From: an uncultured Chloroflexia bacterium
GTDB lineage: Bacteria > Chloroflexota > Limnocylindria > Limnocylindrales > CSP1-4
Reading direction: 5' to 3'
DNA: 64,000 bases
Assembly: GCA_963763775.1 (NCBI GenBank)
Contig: CAVXPZ010000001.1
Location: forward strand, 416,001 to 480,000
Part shown: piece after piece, positions 52,452 through 61,539 of the stretch
How positions within the stretch are numbered: the stretch's first letter is position 1
Layout: every line of letters begins with the position of its first letter
The notes under the pieces: model-generated
What the model saw: the letters and a program-made list of their open reading frames with translations, nothing else
Told to the model about the DNA's origin: nothing
The model's database searches: none
Translations under genes and position numbers: made by a program

Positions 52452-53201
52452 TCAGCGCCCGAGGTACGCCCGGATCCCCGCCACGACACCGTCCGCGTAG
52501 GTGGACTGCCCGCGGAGCGTCGTCATCCGATGGGCATCGGCCGTGTTCTTCATGTTCCCGAACTCGATCATCACGGCGGGCACGTCGGACATGTTGAGGG
52601 TGCCGAGGTCGGTCCGCGTCTTCAGGCCGTTCGTGCCGTAGTAGTTCGCGATCGTGAGGCCGACCCCTCGAAGGCCGCCGCGGATCGCCTTCGCGAGGGT
52701 CAGGGACGACGACAGGATGTCGTCCGTATAGCCGCGAACGAGTCCCGGGCGCATGACGACGAACCCGTGGTCCGCCCGGGCCGCGCCGTCCGCATGGAGG
52801 CTCACGAGGATGGCGGCATGGACCTTCGCGCCGAACCGCCCGCGCACGTCGACGCAGGGGCCGACGCCGGTGTCCGTCGAACGGGTCATGGCCACGGTGG
52901 CTCCGAGCGCCTCGAGTCGCGTCCGGACCCGGTTCGCGAGGGCGAAGGTGAAGCGATGCTCGGCGTACCCGCCGCGGGTCGACGTCCCCGCGGTGTTGCA
53001 GGCCTTCCAGCCGTTCCCGACGAAGACCTGGCGATGGATCGCGGCCGGGTGCGACGCGTTGCCCCCATCGTGACCAGGGTCGAGCGCGATCGTCATCCCG
53101 GCGAGGGGGAGGGGAGGCGGATCGGCGGCGACGGCCAGGGACCCGTTCGCGACGAAGGCGACCAGGACGGTCATGACGGCCGCGAGTCGACGAACCTGCA
53201 T
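52452..53201 (-). CDS. N-acetylmuramoyl-L-alanine amidase (Amidase_3), secreted
   Basis: Signal peptide, IALDPGHDG, AEH, VSLHADG, VMIEFGNM. Confidence 0.92.
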   Translation of the reverse strand: MQVRRLAAVMTVLVAFVANGSLAVAADPPPLPLAGMTIALDPGHDGGNASHPAAIHRQVFVGNGWKACNTAGTSTRGGYAEHRFTFALANRVRTRLEALGATVAMTRSTDTGVGPCVDVRGRFGAKVHAAILVSLHADGAARADHGFVVMRPGLVRGYTDDILSSSLTLAKAIRGGLRGVGLTIANYYGTNGLKTRTDLGTLNMSDVPAVMIEFGNMKNTADAHRMTTLRGQSTYADGVVAGIRAYLGR

Positions 53202-53306
53202 CGCCCGATGGTAGGCGCTCGACCACGCGGTGCAACCGGTACCGTAGGGCCGGACCGGGCAGCCATCCGCCGCCAGCGGCGCCGCAGAAGGGAGCGCACC
53301 TCGCCG

Positions 53307-54692
53307 ATGGAGATCCATCTCGCGTCGACGACCGAGCTCGCGGACGCCATCCGGTCGAGGCGGCTGTCGTCCGTCGAGGCCGTCGAGGCCCTGCTGCGGC
53401 GCATCGAGCTCGTGAACCCTCGCCTGAATGCCGTGGTGACCTTGGCCGACCGCGCGATGGATGACGCGCGCGCTGCCGACGCCGCGCTCGCCGACGGCCG
53501 GCTTGCCGGTCCGTTGCACGGCGTGCCGTTCACGATCAAGGACTCGCTCGACACGGCGGATGTTCGGACGACGGCGGGGACCGTCGGCTGGGCCGCACGG
53601 GTCCCGGAGCGGGACGCGACCGTGGTGGCTCGGCTCAGGGGCGCCGGCGGCATCCTGCTCGGCAAGACCAACACCCCGGAGTTCACCTGGGCGAACGAGG
53701 CCGACAACCTCGTCTTCGGCCGCACGTCGAACCCGTACGACCTCGAGCGGTCGTCCGGCGGCAGCAGCGGCGGCTCCGCGGCGATCGTCGCGGCCGGTGG
53801 CGCCCCGTTCGACATCGGGAGCGACACCGGCGACAGCATCCGGCAACCCTCGCACGTGTGCGGCGTCGCCGGCCTCAAGCCGACGAGCGGCCGTGTCCCG
53901 CGGACAGGCCACCATCCGTCGTACCGCGGACCGCTCGAGTCGTTCACCCAGCTTGGGCCGATCGCGCGGCGGGTCGACGACCTGGCCCTCCTGCTGCCGA
54001 TCATCGCCGGTCCCGACGGCGAAGACCCCCATGTCGTCCCCGTCGCGCTCGGCTCGCCGGACGACGTCGACGTGGCCGGCCTCCGGATCGCCTGGTTCGA
54101 TGACAGCGGCGTGGAGACACCCACCCCCGAGACGATGCGCACGGTCCGAGCCGCCGCCGACGCGCTCCGCGACGCCGGCGCGGTCGTCGAGGCCCGCCGA
54201 CCTCCCGACCAGGCCCTCGCCGCGGACCTCTGGGACCAGATGATCGCCGCGGACGGCCATGCCTGGCTGTGGCGCCTCATCGCGGAGGCCGGGACCGCCG
54301 GCCTCGGGTCCTACGAGGGCAAGGCGGCGTGGGTCACCGAGCGCCGGATCCTGCCCGGCGACGAACTCACGCGGGTGATCGAGGCGGTGGACGACGTCCG
54401 CGCCAGCATGCTCCGCTGGATGCACGGCACCGACCTGATCGTGAGCCCGGTCCTGCCGCAGCCGGCCCTCCGGCATGGTCAGGGGTTCACGTCGGCCTTC
54501 GCCGACACCTACAGCGAGGTCCACAACCTGACCGGCTGGCCTGCCGCCGTCGTGCGCGGCGGGACCTCCCCCGAGGGGCTCCCCATCGGCGTGCAGCTCA
54601 TCGGGGCGCCGTGGCGTGAGGACGTGGTCCTGGCCGCGGCTCGGGTGGTCGAGGCGGCCCTGGGCGGCTGGCAGCCGTCGCCGTTGTTCTGA
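53307..54692 (+). CDS. Amidase signature family enzyme
   Basis: [44 protein letters not shown]. Confidence 0.93.
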   Translation: MEIHLASTTELADAIRSRRLSSVEAVEALLRRIELVNPRLNAVVTLADRAMDDARAADAALADGRLAGPLHGVPFTIKDSLDTADVRTTAGTVGWAARVPERDATVVARLRGAGGILLGKTNTPEFTWANEADNLVFGRTSNPYDLERSSGGSSGGSAAIVAAGGAPFDIGSDTGDSIRQPSHVCGVAGLKPTSGRVPRTGHHPSYRGPLESFTQLGPIARRVDDLALLLPIIAGPDGEDPHVVPVALGSPDDVDVAGLRIAWFDDSGVETPTPETMRTVRAAADALRDAGAVVEARRPPDQALAADLWDQMIAADGHAWLWRLIAEAGTAGLGSYEGKAAWVTERRILPGDELTRVIEAVDDVRASMLRWMHGTDLIVSPVLPQPALRHGQGFTSAFADTYSEVHNLTGWPAAVVRGGTSPEGLPIGVQLIGAPWREDVVLAAARVVEAALGGWQPSPLF

Positions 54693-54768
54693 GCATGCCG
54701 CCGCGAGGGCGGAGAGGACGGCGACGGCGGCGAGCCGGCGCGGGGACCCGCCGGGTAGCATCGGACCG

Positions 54769-55998
54769 GTGACCGCCGTGCCGTTGCCGTCCCGCCCGAT
54801 CGTCGCCGGCGCCCTCGGTTGCGTCGCGTTCGTCCTCATCGGCTGGGGCGGGCTGCTCGTCCCCTCGCTGATCCGGTCGATCAAGGACGCCTATGACCAG
54901 TCCGATGCCGGGATCGGTGTGTACTACTTCGTGTACGCGGTGGCGTACGCGACCGGCTCGTTAGGCGGCGGGCTCGTCACGGAACGGCTCGGACGCCGAA
55001 CGGTGCTGTCGGTGGCCGCGGCGCTCTACGGGCTGGGGATGATCGCCCTCGGCGGCGCCCCGATCGTGGGCGATCCTGCTCGCGGCCGGGATCCCGGCCG
55101 GGCTCGGCGGCGGAGCGATCGACGGCGGGGTCAACGGCCTGATCCTCGACCTCTACCCGACCGGCCGAGGGCGAGCGCTCAACCTGCTGCACCTGTTCTT
55201 CAGCCTCGGGGCGCTCGCGGCACCGCTGGCGGTCGGTCGCCTCGTGGAGTCCGGGGTCGCGTGGGGGTCGATCCTCGTCGCGTCCGGCGTCGTCGCGCTG
55301 GTCGTGGCGGGGGCGTTCGTCACGATCCGCATGCCATCGGGACGGCGGGCGCCAGGCGACGCGGACACCGCGACGGCGACCGGGGACGGTGCGCCTGCGT
55401 CGATCTGGGTCGGCCGACGGCTCGCGACGCCGCTCCTACTGCTCGGCATCGCGATCGCCTGCTACGTCGCGTCAGAGGTCGGCGTCTCGAACTGGCTCGT
55501 CCTGTTCCTCGAGCCCGCGCCCCTGACGACCGCGACGACCGCGCTGTCGCTCTTTTGGGCGGGCCTCACGCTCGGACGACTCGTCTCCGCGAGGATCGCG
55601 GACCGGTTCGACCACGTCACGTTCGCGACCGTCGCAGCGCTCGCCACGGCGCTCGCGCTGGTGGCGGCCGTGCTGGCGCCCTCGCTCCCGCTTTCGGTCG
55701 CGCTGTTCGCGCTGGCCGGATTCGCGACCGGCCCCGTGTTCCCGATGATCGTGGCGATCGGCGGCGACCGCTATCCGGACCGCGCCGCCGCGGTGAGCGG
55801 GTTCCTGACCGGGGCGGCGGTGACCGGCTCGATCGTCTATCCGCCGATCATGGGCTTCCTGTCCGTGACGGTCGGACTGACCGTCGCGATGCTGGGCAGC
55901 GCCCTGCTGGCGGCGCTGTGTGCCGCCGCCCTGTGGGCGGTCGGCCCGTCGACACGAGGCGGCGGTCGTCGAGGCCGGACGCGACGACCTCCGCCTGA
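54769..55998 (+). CDS. MFS transporter (apparent frameshifts ~55065 and near the 3' end; end approximate)
   Basis: Multiple TM helices, ERLGRR motif, NLLHLFFSLG, YVASEVGVSNW, GLTLGRL. Confidence 0.82.
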   Translation: MTAVPLPSRPIVAGALGCVAFVLIGWGGLLVPSLIRSIKDAYDQSDAGIGVYYFVYAVAYATGSLGGGLVTERLGRRTVLSVAAALYGLGMIALGGAPIVGDPARGRDPGRARRRSDRRRGQRPDPRPLPDRPRASAQPAAPVLQPRGARGTAGGRSPRGVRGRVGVDPRRVRRRRAGRGGGVRHDPHAIGTAGARRRGHRDGDRGRCACVDLGRPTARDAAPTARHRDRLLRRVRGRRLELARPVPRARAPDDRDDRAVALLGGPHARTTRLREDRGPVRPRHVRDRRSARHGARAGGGRAGALAPAFGRAVRAGRIRDRPRVPDDRGDRRRPLSGPRRRGERVPDRGGGDRLDRLSADHGLPVRDGRTDRRDAGQRPAGGAVCRRPVGGRPVDTRRRSSRPDATTSA

Positions 55999-56002
55999 CG
56001 CC

Positions 56003-56863
56003 TCAGCCGTTCACCGGCACCGTGAGCGCCACGGTCATCCCGCTCGCGACGTCGCCGGTCACGGTGCCCAGCTGTCGGACCCCGCCGTCGTCGCCGAAGA
56101 CGTTGTCCGTGGCCAGCGAGACCTGCGCCAGGTTCGGGACGCTCTGCTCGTATCCGGCGGTGGCATAGACGAGCTGCGAGACGTCCTCCGGCATCGCGAC
56201 CTGCGATGTCGCGATCCGGTTGTTCTCGTCCGTGGCCAGGTCGACGCTCGGGTAGACCTCGAAGTGGATGTGCGGCCACCGGCCCGAGTAGCACCCGGGA
56301 TAGATGCTCTGGAACGTCACCACGCCGTTCGCGTCGGCCTCCTGGACACCTCGCAGGAAGTTCTCGTCGGCGACCGCGGGCGAATACAGGGAGTAGTCGC
56401 CGTCGCGGGTGCAGTGCCAGAGATAGACGGCGGCACCTTCGAGCGGCGCGCAGTCGGTCCCGTCCTCGATCGTCAGCTGGATCGTGAGCGGGACGCCCTC
56501 GGCCGTGGTCGTCGATGTGCCGAAACTCGACCGGATGTCGCTCCGCACGACGCCGCTCTGGTTCAGGACGTCCGGGCCGTTCGAGCCGTCGCCGGGGAAC
56601 GGGCCGGCGGTCTCTTCCGGGATGATGACGCAGCTCGCCCCGTCGGCCGCGCTGGCGCCGGCGGTGGACCCCGCGGCCACGGAGGCGGAGCCGGCGGCCC
56701 CGGGCGCGCATCCGGCGATGACGAACATGCTCGCGCTGATCCCGCCGAACCCCAGGAGCTTGAGCATGCGGCGTCGGTCGAGCGTCCCGATGTCGAAGAC
56801 GAGGCCCCGGTCGTGGTCCTCGAGCTCCTCGTGGTCGTGATGGGGGGCCGGTGCGTGCGTCAT
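56003..56863 (-). CDS. Intradiol ring-cleavage dioxygenase-like protein, Tat/lipoprotein signal
   Basis: DRRRMLKLLG, VIAGC, EETAGPFP, GVPL, YLWHC..GDYS, FLRGVQ, YSGRWPHIHFEV. Confidence 0.85.
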   Translation of the reverse strand: MTHAPAPHHDHEELEDHDRGLVFDIGTLDRRRMLKLLGFGGISASMFVIAGCAPGAAGSASVAAGSTAGASAADGASCVIIPEETAGPFPGDGSNGPDVLNQSGVVRSDIRSSFGTSTTTAEGVPLTIQLTIEDGTDCAPLEGAAVYLWHCTRDGDYSLYSPAVADENFLRGVQEADANGVVTFQSIYPGCYSGRWPHIHFEVYPSVDLATDENNRIATSQVAMPEDVSQLVYATAGYEQSVPNLAQVSLATDNVFGDDGGVRQLGTVTGDVASGMTVALTVPVNG

Positions 56864-56944
56864 GGGTCGTGCCTCATGGGTCGTGTGGTGGGACCCACCG
56901 TAGGCGACGGATCCTTCGAGTCGCATGAGAGCCGGGTGAGACCG

Positions 56945-57876
56945 TCATCGCAGGATCTCGACCGTGTCGCCGTCGACGACCTCGTGGGCCCGGCCGACCC
57001 GTTGCCCGTCGAAGCGGGCGGACGGCCCCCAGACCCGGGCGCCGCTGAAGGTCGCGGCGAGGTCGTGATGGACCGAGTCGGCGACGTCCGTGACCGTCGC
57101 CCCGGGTTCGAGGGCGATCGGCTCGGGGTCGACCGACCCGTTCGTCCGCAGTCGGATGCGGATCAGCCCGGTGAGGTCCCAGACGACGTCCCGGAACCGC
57201 TCCAGCGACGCTTCGTCGATGACCGAGACGGCGACGACCGGCAGGGTCGGGAAGGCCGCTTCGAGCGCGGCGACGGCCGCCGGCCCGGCTTCGTCGGCAC
57301 GCGTGGCGGCGAGGATCGCCGGCTTCTCGATCCCGGCCGCGGCCACCTCGGCGAGGACGGTCGCGAGCGTCGTGGGGGTCGGCCTCGGTGCGGCTGCAAT
57401 ACACGATGGCATCGACCGTGCGGAGGACCCCGAGGAGTGCGCGGCCGCCGCCTCGATCGTCCGCGGCCCCGCCGATGAGTCCCGGGGATCTCGACGAGTT
57501 GCACCAGCACGCCGCCGATGCGCGTCAGGGCCGGGACCGGTCGCAGCGTGGTGAACGGGTAGTCGCCGGTCTTGATCTGGATCTCCGAGAGCGCCTGGAG
57601 CAGCGAGGACTTGCCCACGTTGGGCGGGCCGACGAGGGCGACCTGGGCGACGCCCTCGCGGCGCACCGAGATCGAGTCGCGATGGACCGCACCCGAGCGG
57701 ACCCTGGTGTCCTCGATCTCGGCGAGGAGCGCCTTGCGCAGGTCCGCATACGGTCCGTTCCTGTAGTCGGGCAGCTCGGCGAGGAGGTCACGCACCTCGC
57801 GGATCCGTTCCTTGCCTTCTTTCCCGATCAGTCGACGCTTCGCCACCTGGGCGAACGTGCGATGCGGCATCGGCAT
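56945..57876 (-). CDS. DRG/OBG-family GTPase with C-terminal TGS domain (apparent frameshifts ~57485 and ~57400)
   Basis: G1 GPPNVGKSS, G2 YPFTT, G3-like EIPG, G4-like TRAD, TGS VHHDL..F..ARVWG.S..GQRVG. Confidence 0.85.
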
Positions 57877-57989
57877 CGCGGTCTCCTTCCGTCACGGGCG
57901 GGACGGCGCGCGGCGCGCCGCCATACGGCGGCGACGGCACAGCGCGTCGATCCTGCCCCTTCCTCCGACGCTGGACTGGAAGGGGCGGA

Positions 57990-58058
57990 TCAGCCGTTCT
58001 TGTTGGAGATCCGGGTGAGCCAGGCGTCCTCGGGACGCCGGCCGATCAGGGCTCGCAT
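57990..58058 (-). CDS. Candidate 22-aa leader peptide (uORF) upstream of the DRG-like GTPase
   Basis: MRALIGRRPEDAWLTRISNKNG; TACGCT -10 9 nt upstream; stop overlaps a strong hairpin. Confidence 0.5.
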   Translation of the reverse strand: MRALIGRRPEDAWLTRISNKNG

Positions 58059-58203
58059 GACGGACGAAGCGTACCGCAGGCCCGTCTGTATCCGAAAGGA
58101 CCAACCCGTCCCGACCGAAGGTCATCCGCGCCGCCCTAACGAGCGCCATTCCCGCCCGTTGTCAGGTGTAGCGATCGATCCTGGTCCCGCAACGAGGTAC
58201 GAC

Positions 58204-58711
58204 ATGCACTTCCGACCCCGAAGCATCGCGTTCGCGATCGCCGCCCTGGCGCTCTCGGCTGGGAGCGTGTTCGCGTTCTCGTCCATGCCCACCGCCGCCA
58301 CCCATGGGCTACAGCGTGCCGCGGCGATGGCGGGCAAGGTCGTCCCGGTGCGCGCCGCGGCGACGCACGAGGACCCTCGGGCGGACGAGGGCGATCGGAA
58401 CGATCCCGCCGCCGACCAGCAGGGTTCTGGCGCCGCCGACGCGACCGCGGACGCTCCCGACGCGGTCGACGGTCCGAATGATTGCCGACAGCCCGACGAC
58501 TGACGCCACGACCCCGAACCACGGCAGCGTGGTGTCGGCCGTGGCAAAGGCCCCCGATACGACGCCCGACACGAACCACGGCGCCGATGTCTCCGCCGTC
58601 GCGCGGGATAATCATGGTCACGCGACCCCCAAGAAGCCCCATCCGAGCAAGCCCGACCACACCGGCAAGCCCGACCAGCCCGGTAAGCCCGACCACACCG
58701 GCAAGCCGTAG
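58204..58711 (+). CDS. Secreted low-complexity protein with NHG and GKPD repeats (apparent frameshift ~58480)
   Basis: Signal peptide (..GSVFA), NHG..VSAVA x2, KPDHTG/KPDQPG repeats. Confidence 0.65.
58649..58708 (+). repeat. 18-nt coding tandem repeat (~3.3 copies)
   Basis: aagcccgaccacaccggc aagcccgaccagcccggt aagcccgaccacaccggc aagccg. Confidence 0.8.
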
Positions 58712-58727
58712 CCCATCGCGTCCTTCT

Positions 58728-58768
58728 GGAGGCCCCGCCCGCCACCTCCGGCAGGCGGGGTCTCTTCT
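58728..58768 (+). terminator. Putative intrinsic terminator
   Basis: GGAGGCCCCGCC...GGCGGGGTCTCT followed by TCT. Confidence 0.5.
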
Positions 58769-58823
58769 CGTCCGGATCCGTGAGGACGGACGAGCGCCCA
58801 GGGCCCTGTGGCACGATGCCCGC

Positions 58824-59330
58824 ATGGTCGACCAGCCAGTCGAGGTGCCACGCCTTCGACGCGCGGGGGACGGTGACGCGAGTGCGATCGCCGAACTCGT
58901 CCGGGCGGCATACGTGGGGTACACGCCGCTCCTCGGCCGCACGCCGTTCCCGATGCTGGCTGACTACGCCGCGGTGGTCCGTGAGCACGAGACCTGGGTC
59001 CTGGACGGCGGCCCGGCCACCGGGGTCGTCGGGGTGATCGAGCTCGTCCCGCACGCTGACCACCTCTGGATCGAGAACGTGGCGATCGCACCGGACCAGC
59101 AGGGCAGCGGCTACGGCCGCCGGCTCCTCGAGCACGCGGAAGCACGCGCCCGGGAGATGGGCCGACCAGCCCTCGGGCTGCTGACGAACGAGCGCTACCT
59201 AACCAACATCGCGATGTACGAGCGATACGGCTACCGCGAGACCCATCGCGAGCCGTACCTCGGCACGGACCTCATCCACTTCCGCAAGCCCCTCGCCGTT
59301 GCGGGACGTGCAAGGTCGGTCGGATCGTGA
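58824..59330 (+). CDS. GNAT family N-acetyltransferase
   Basis: IENVAIAPDQQGSGYGRRLL, NIAMYERYGY. Confidence 0.9.
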   Translation: MVDQPVEVPRLRRAGDGDASAIAELVRAAYVGYTPLLGRTPFPMLADYAAVVREHETWVLDGGPATGVVGVIELVPHADHLWIENVAIAPDQQGSGYGRRLLEHAEARAREMGRPALGLLTNERYLTNIAMYERYGYRETHREPYLGTDLIHFRKPLAVAGRARSVGS

Positions 59331-59332
59331 GA

Positions 59333-59350
59333 TCGTTGCAGGTGCAACGA
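59333..59350. promoter_or_regulatory. Palindromic operator upstream of the deazaflavin oxidoreductase gene
   Basis: TCGTTGCA-GG-TGCAACGA perfect 8-bp inverted repeat. Confidence 0.6.
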
Positions 59351-59391
59351 CGCATCGACCGGCCCGCTCGGGCCGACAGGAGACCGACCCG

Positions 59392-59829
59392 ATGACGACC
59401 GGCGAGTACACGTCCTTCGAGGACGCATTGATCGAGGACATGCGCGCCCATGACGGGCAGGTCACGAGCGGCCCGCTGGCCGGACACCCGTTGTTGGTCA
59501 TGTGGTCGACCGGGGCCAAGAGCGGGGAGCGGCGACGCTCGATCCTGACGTACTCGCGCGAGGGTGACGCGTACGTGGTCGCGGGGACGGCGGGCGGGTC
59601 GACGAAGGACCCGGCCTGGATCGCCAACCTGACCGCCGATCCGAACGTGACGCTCGAGATCGCCAACCGGACGTTCGAGGCGACGGCCGAGGTCATCGTG
59701 AACGGCGCCGATCGGGACCGGCTCTGGGACGCCCATGTCGAGGCGCTGCCGAACTTCGCCGCCTACCCGGAGCAGTCCGGACGGCTGATCCCGATGGTCC
59801 GCCTGGCGCCGGTGGTCGACCCGGCCTAG
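59392..59829 (+). CDS. Deazaflavin (F420)-dependent nitroreductase/oxidoreductase, Ddn family
   Basis: TGAKSGERR, GG..KDPAWIANLTADP, F..YPEQSGRLIPMV; SD AGGAG. Confidence 0.9.
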   Translation: MTTGEYTSFEDALIEDMRAHDGQVTSGPLAGHPLLVMWSTGAKSGERRRSILTYSREGDAYVVAGTAGGSTKDPAWIANLTADPNVTLEIANRTFEATAEVIVNGADRDRLWDAHVEALPNFAAYPEQSGRLIPMVRLAPVVDPA

Positions 59830-59894
59830 CGACACCCGACAAGCCGGCGATCTCTCCGAGTCGGACGCGCGTCCGACGCCGGGCCGCGCTATCG

Positions 59895-59915
59895 ATAGAC
59901 CGACGGTCGGTCTAT
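59895..59915. promoter_or_regulatory. TetR operator (perfect inverted repeat)
   Basis: ATAGACCGAC-G-GTCGGTCTAT, 13 nt upstream of the tetR ATG. Confidence 0.8.
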
Positions 59916-59928
59916 GAATGGAGCAGCG

Positions 59929-60614
59929 ATGGCCCGGACCCTGGATCGCGAGGCGCATGCCCTTCGACGGGACGAGTTCATCGACGCCGCGCAGCGCCTG
60001 ATCGCGTCCAAGGGCTACGAGCAGATGAGCGTCCAGGAGATCCTGGACGAGCTCGGTGCGTCCAAGGGCGCCTTCTATCACTACTTCGATTCGAAGGAGG
60101 CGCTCCTCAGCGCGGTCGTCGAGCGGCTGACGGACGCGGGCGTCGAGGCGACGCGCCCGGTCGCCGAGGACCCGACGCTGACCGCCGTCGAGAAGATGGA
60201 TCGCCTGTTCTCGACGGTCGCGGCCTACAAGGCGGCGCGCAAGGACTTCCTGATCGCCCTCCTCGACGTGTGGTTCTCGGACGCGAACGTGATGGTCCGC
60301 GACCGCTTTCGTCGCGGCATGGTCGACCGCCTGACGCCCCTCTTCGCCGGGATCATCCGGCAGGGCCAGGCCGAGGGGACCTTCGTCGAGGGCGACCCCA
60401 CCGACGTCGCCCGCGTCCTGGTGTCGTTCATGCAGGGGGTCAATGAGACAGGCCAGCGACCTGTTCCTCGCCCGGCAGGCCGGTCGGATCACCTTCGACG
60501 AGGCCGAGCGGGCGCTCGCCACGACCGCCGGGGCGTTCGAGCGGATCCTCGGCCTGCCGGGCGACACGCTCACGATGCTCGACCGCGAGACGCTGATCAC
60601 TCTGGTACGGCTGA
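59929..60614 (+). CDS. TetR/AcrR family regulator (apparent frameshifts ~60445 and ~60600; end approximate)
   Basis: FIDAAQRLIASKGYEQMSVQEI..GASKGAFYHYFDSKE. Confidence 0.9.
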
Positions 60615-60635
60615 CCCGAACCGCGAAGGAGCGAC

Positions 60636-61538
60636 ATGGCCGCGATCATCGAGACCGAGAAGCTGACGAAGACCTACGGATCGCACCGGGGGATCATCGA
60701 CGTCGACCTCGCGGTGGATGAAGGCGAGGCGTTCGGGTTCCTCGGCCCGAACGGCGCCGGCAAGACCACGACCATCCGCACGCTCCTCGACCACCTCCGG
60801 CCCACGAGCGGACGCGCCCGCATCTTCGGGATCGACACGACCGTGGACCCGGTCGGCATCCACCGACGCGTGGGATACCTTCCCGGCGAGTTCGTCCTCT
60901 ACGACAAGCTGACGGGCGGCCAGACCATCGAGTACTTCGCCAACCTGCGCGGCGGCGTGGACCCGGTGTACCAACAAGCCCTCGTCGAGCGCCTCGAGAT
61001 CGATCCCTCGCGCCGCTTCCGCGAGTACTCCAAGGGGAACAAGCAGAAGATCGGCCTGGTCATCGCCCTCCAGCACCGACCGGACCTGTTGATCCTCGAC
61101 GAGCCCACGTCCGGGCTCGACCCGCTGGTCCAGCAGACGTTCTACGAGGTCATCCGCGAGGCCAAGGGCGAGGGCCGAACGGTCTTCCTCTCGAGCCACA
61201 TCCTCTCGGAGGTCGAGAAGACCTGCGACCGCGTCGCGATCATCCGCGACGGGCGCATCGCCCGCGTGGACCGCGTGGAGGCGCTCCGCGACCTCGCCCA
61301 CCACCAGGTGGAGCTCGTCTTCGCCGGGCCGGTGCCTCGGGCCGAGTTCGAGGCGCTGCCCGGGGTGAGCGAGTTCGTCGCCGAGGACCACACGCTGCGG
61401 ATGCGCGTCTCCGGAGGGATCGCGCCCGTCGTGCGGGCCGCCGCCAAGTACGAGCTCGTCGACTTCGTCAGCCGCGAACCCAGCCTGGAGGAGACGTTCC
61501 TCGCCGAGTACGGTCGCGAGACGGCCGAGGTGTCGTGA
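60636..61538 (+). CDS. ABC exporter ATP-binding protein
   Basis: GPNGAGKTT, YSKGNKQK, LILDEPTSGLDP, SSH. Confidence 0.95.
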   Translation: MAAIIETEKLTKTYGSHRGIIDVDLAVDEGEAFGFLGPNGAGKTTTIRTLLDHLRPTSGRARIFGIDTTVDPVGIHRRVGYLPGEFVLYDKLTGGQTIEYFANLRGGVDPVYQQALVERLEIDPSRRFREYSKGNKQKIGLVIALQHRPDLLILDEPTSGLDPLVQQTFYEVIREAKGEGRTVFLSSHILSEVEKTCDRVAIIRDGRIARVDRVEALRDLAHHQVELVFAGPVPRAEFEALPGVSEFVAEDHTLRMRVSGGIAPVVRAAAKYELVDFVSREPSLEETFLAEYGRETAEVS

Positions 61539-61539
61539 G

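Noticed and set aside
58649-58708. Tandem repeats as a CRISPR array
   Set aside because: 18-nt in-frame coding repeats with no spacers; no cas genes in the window
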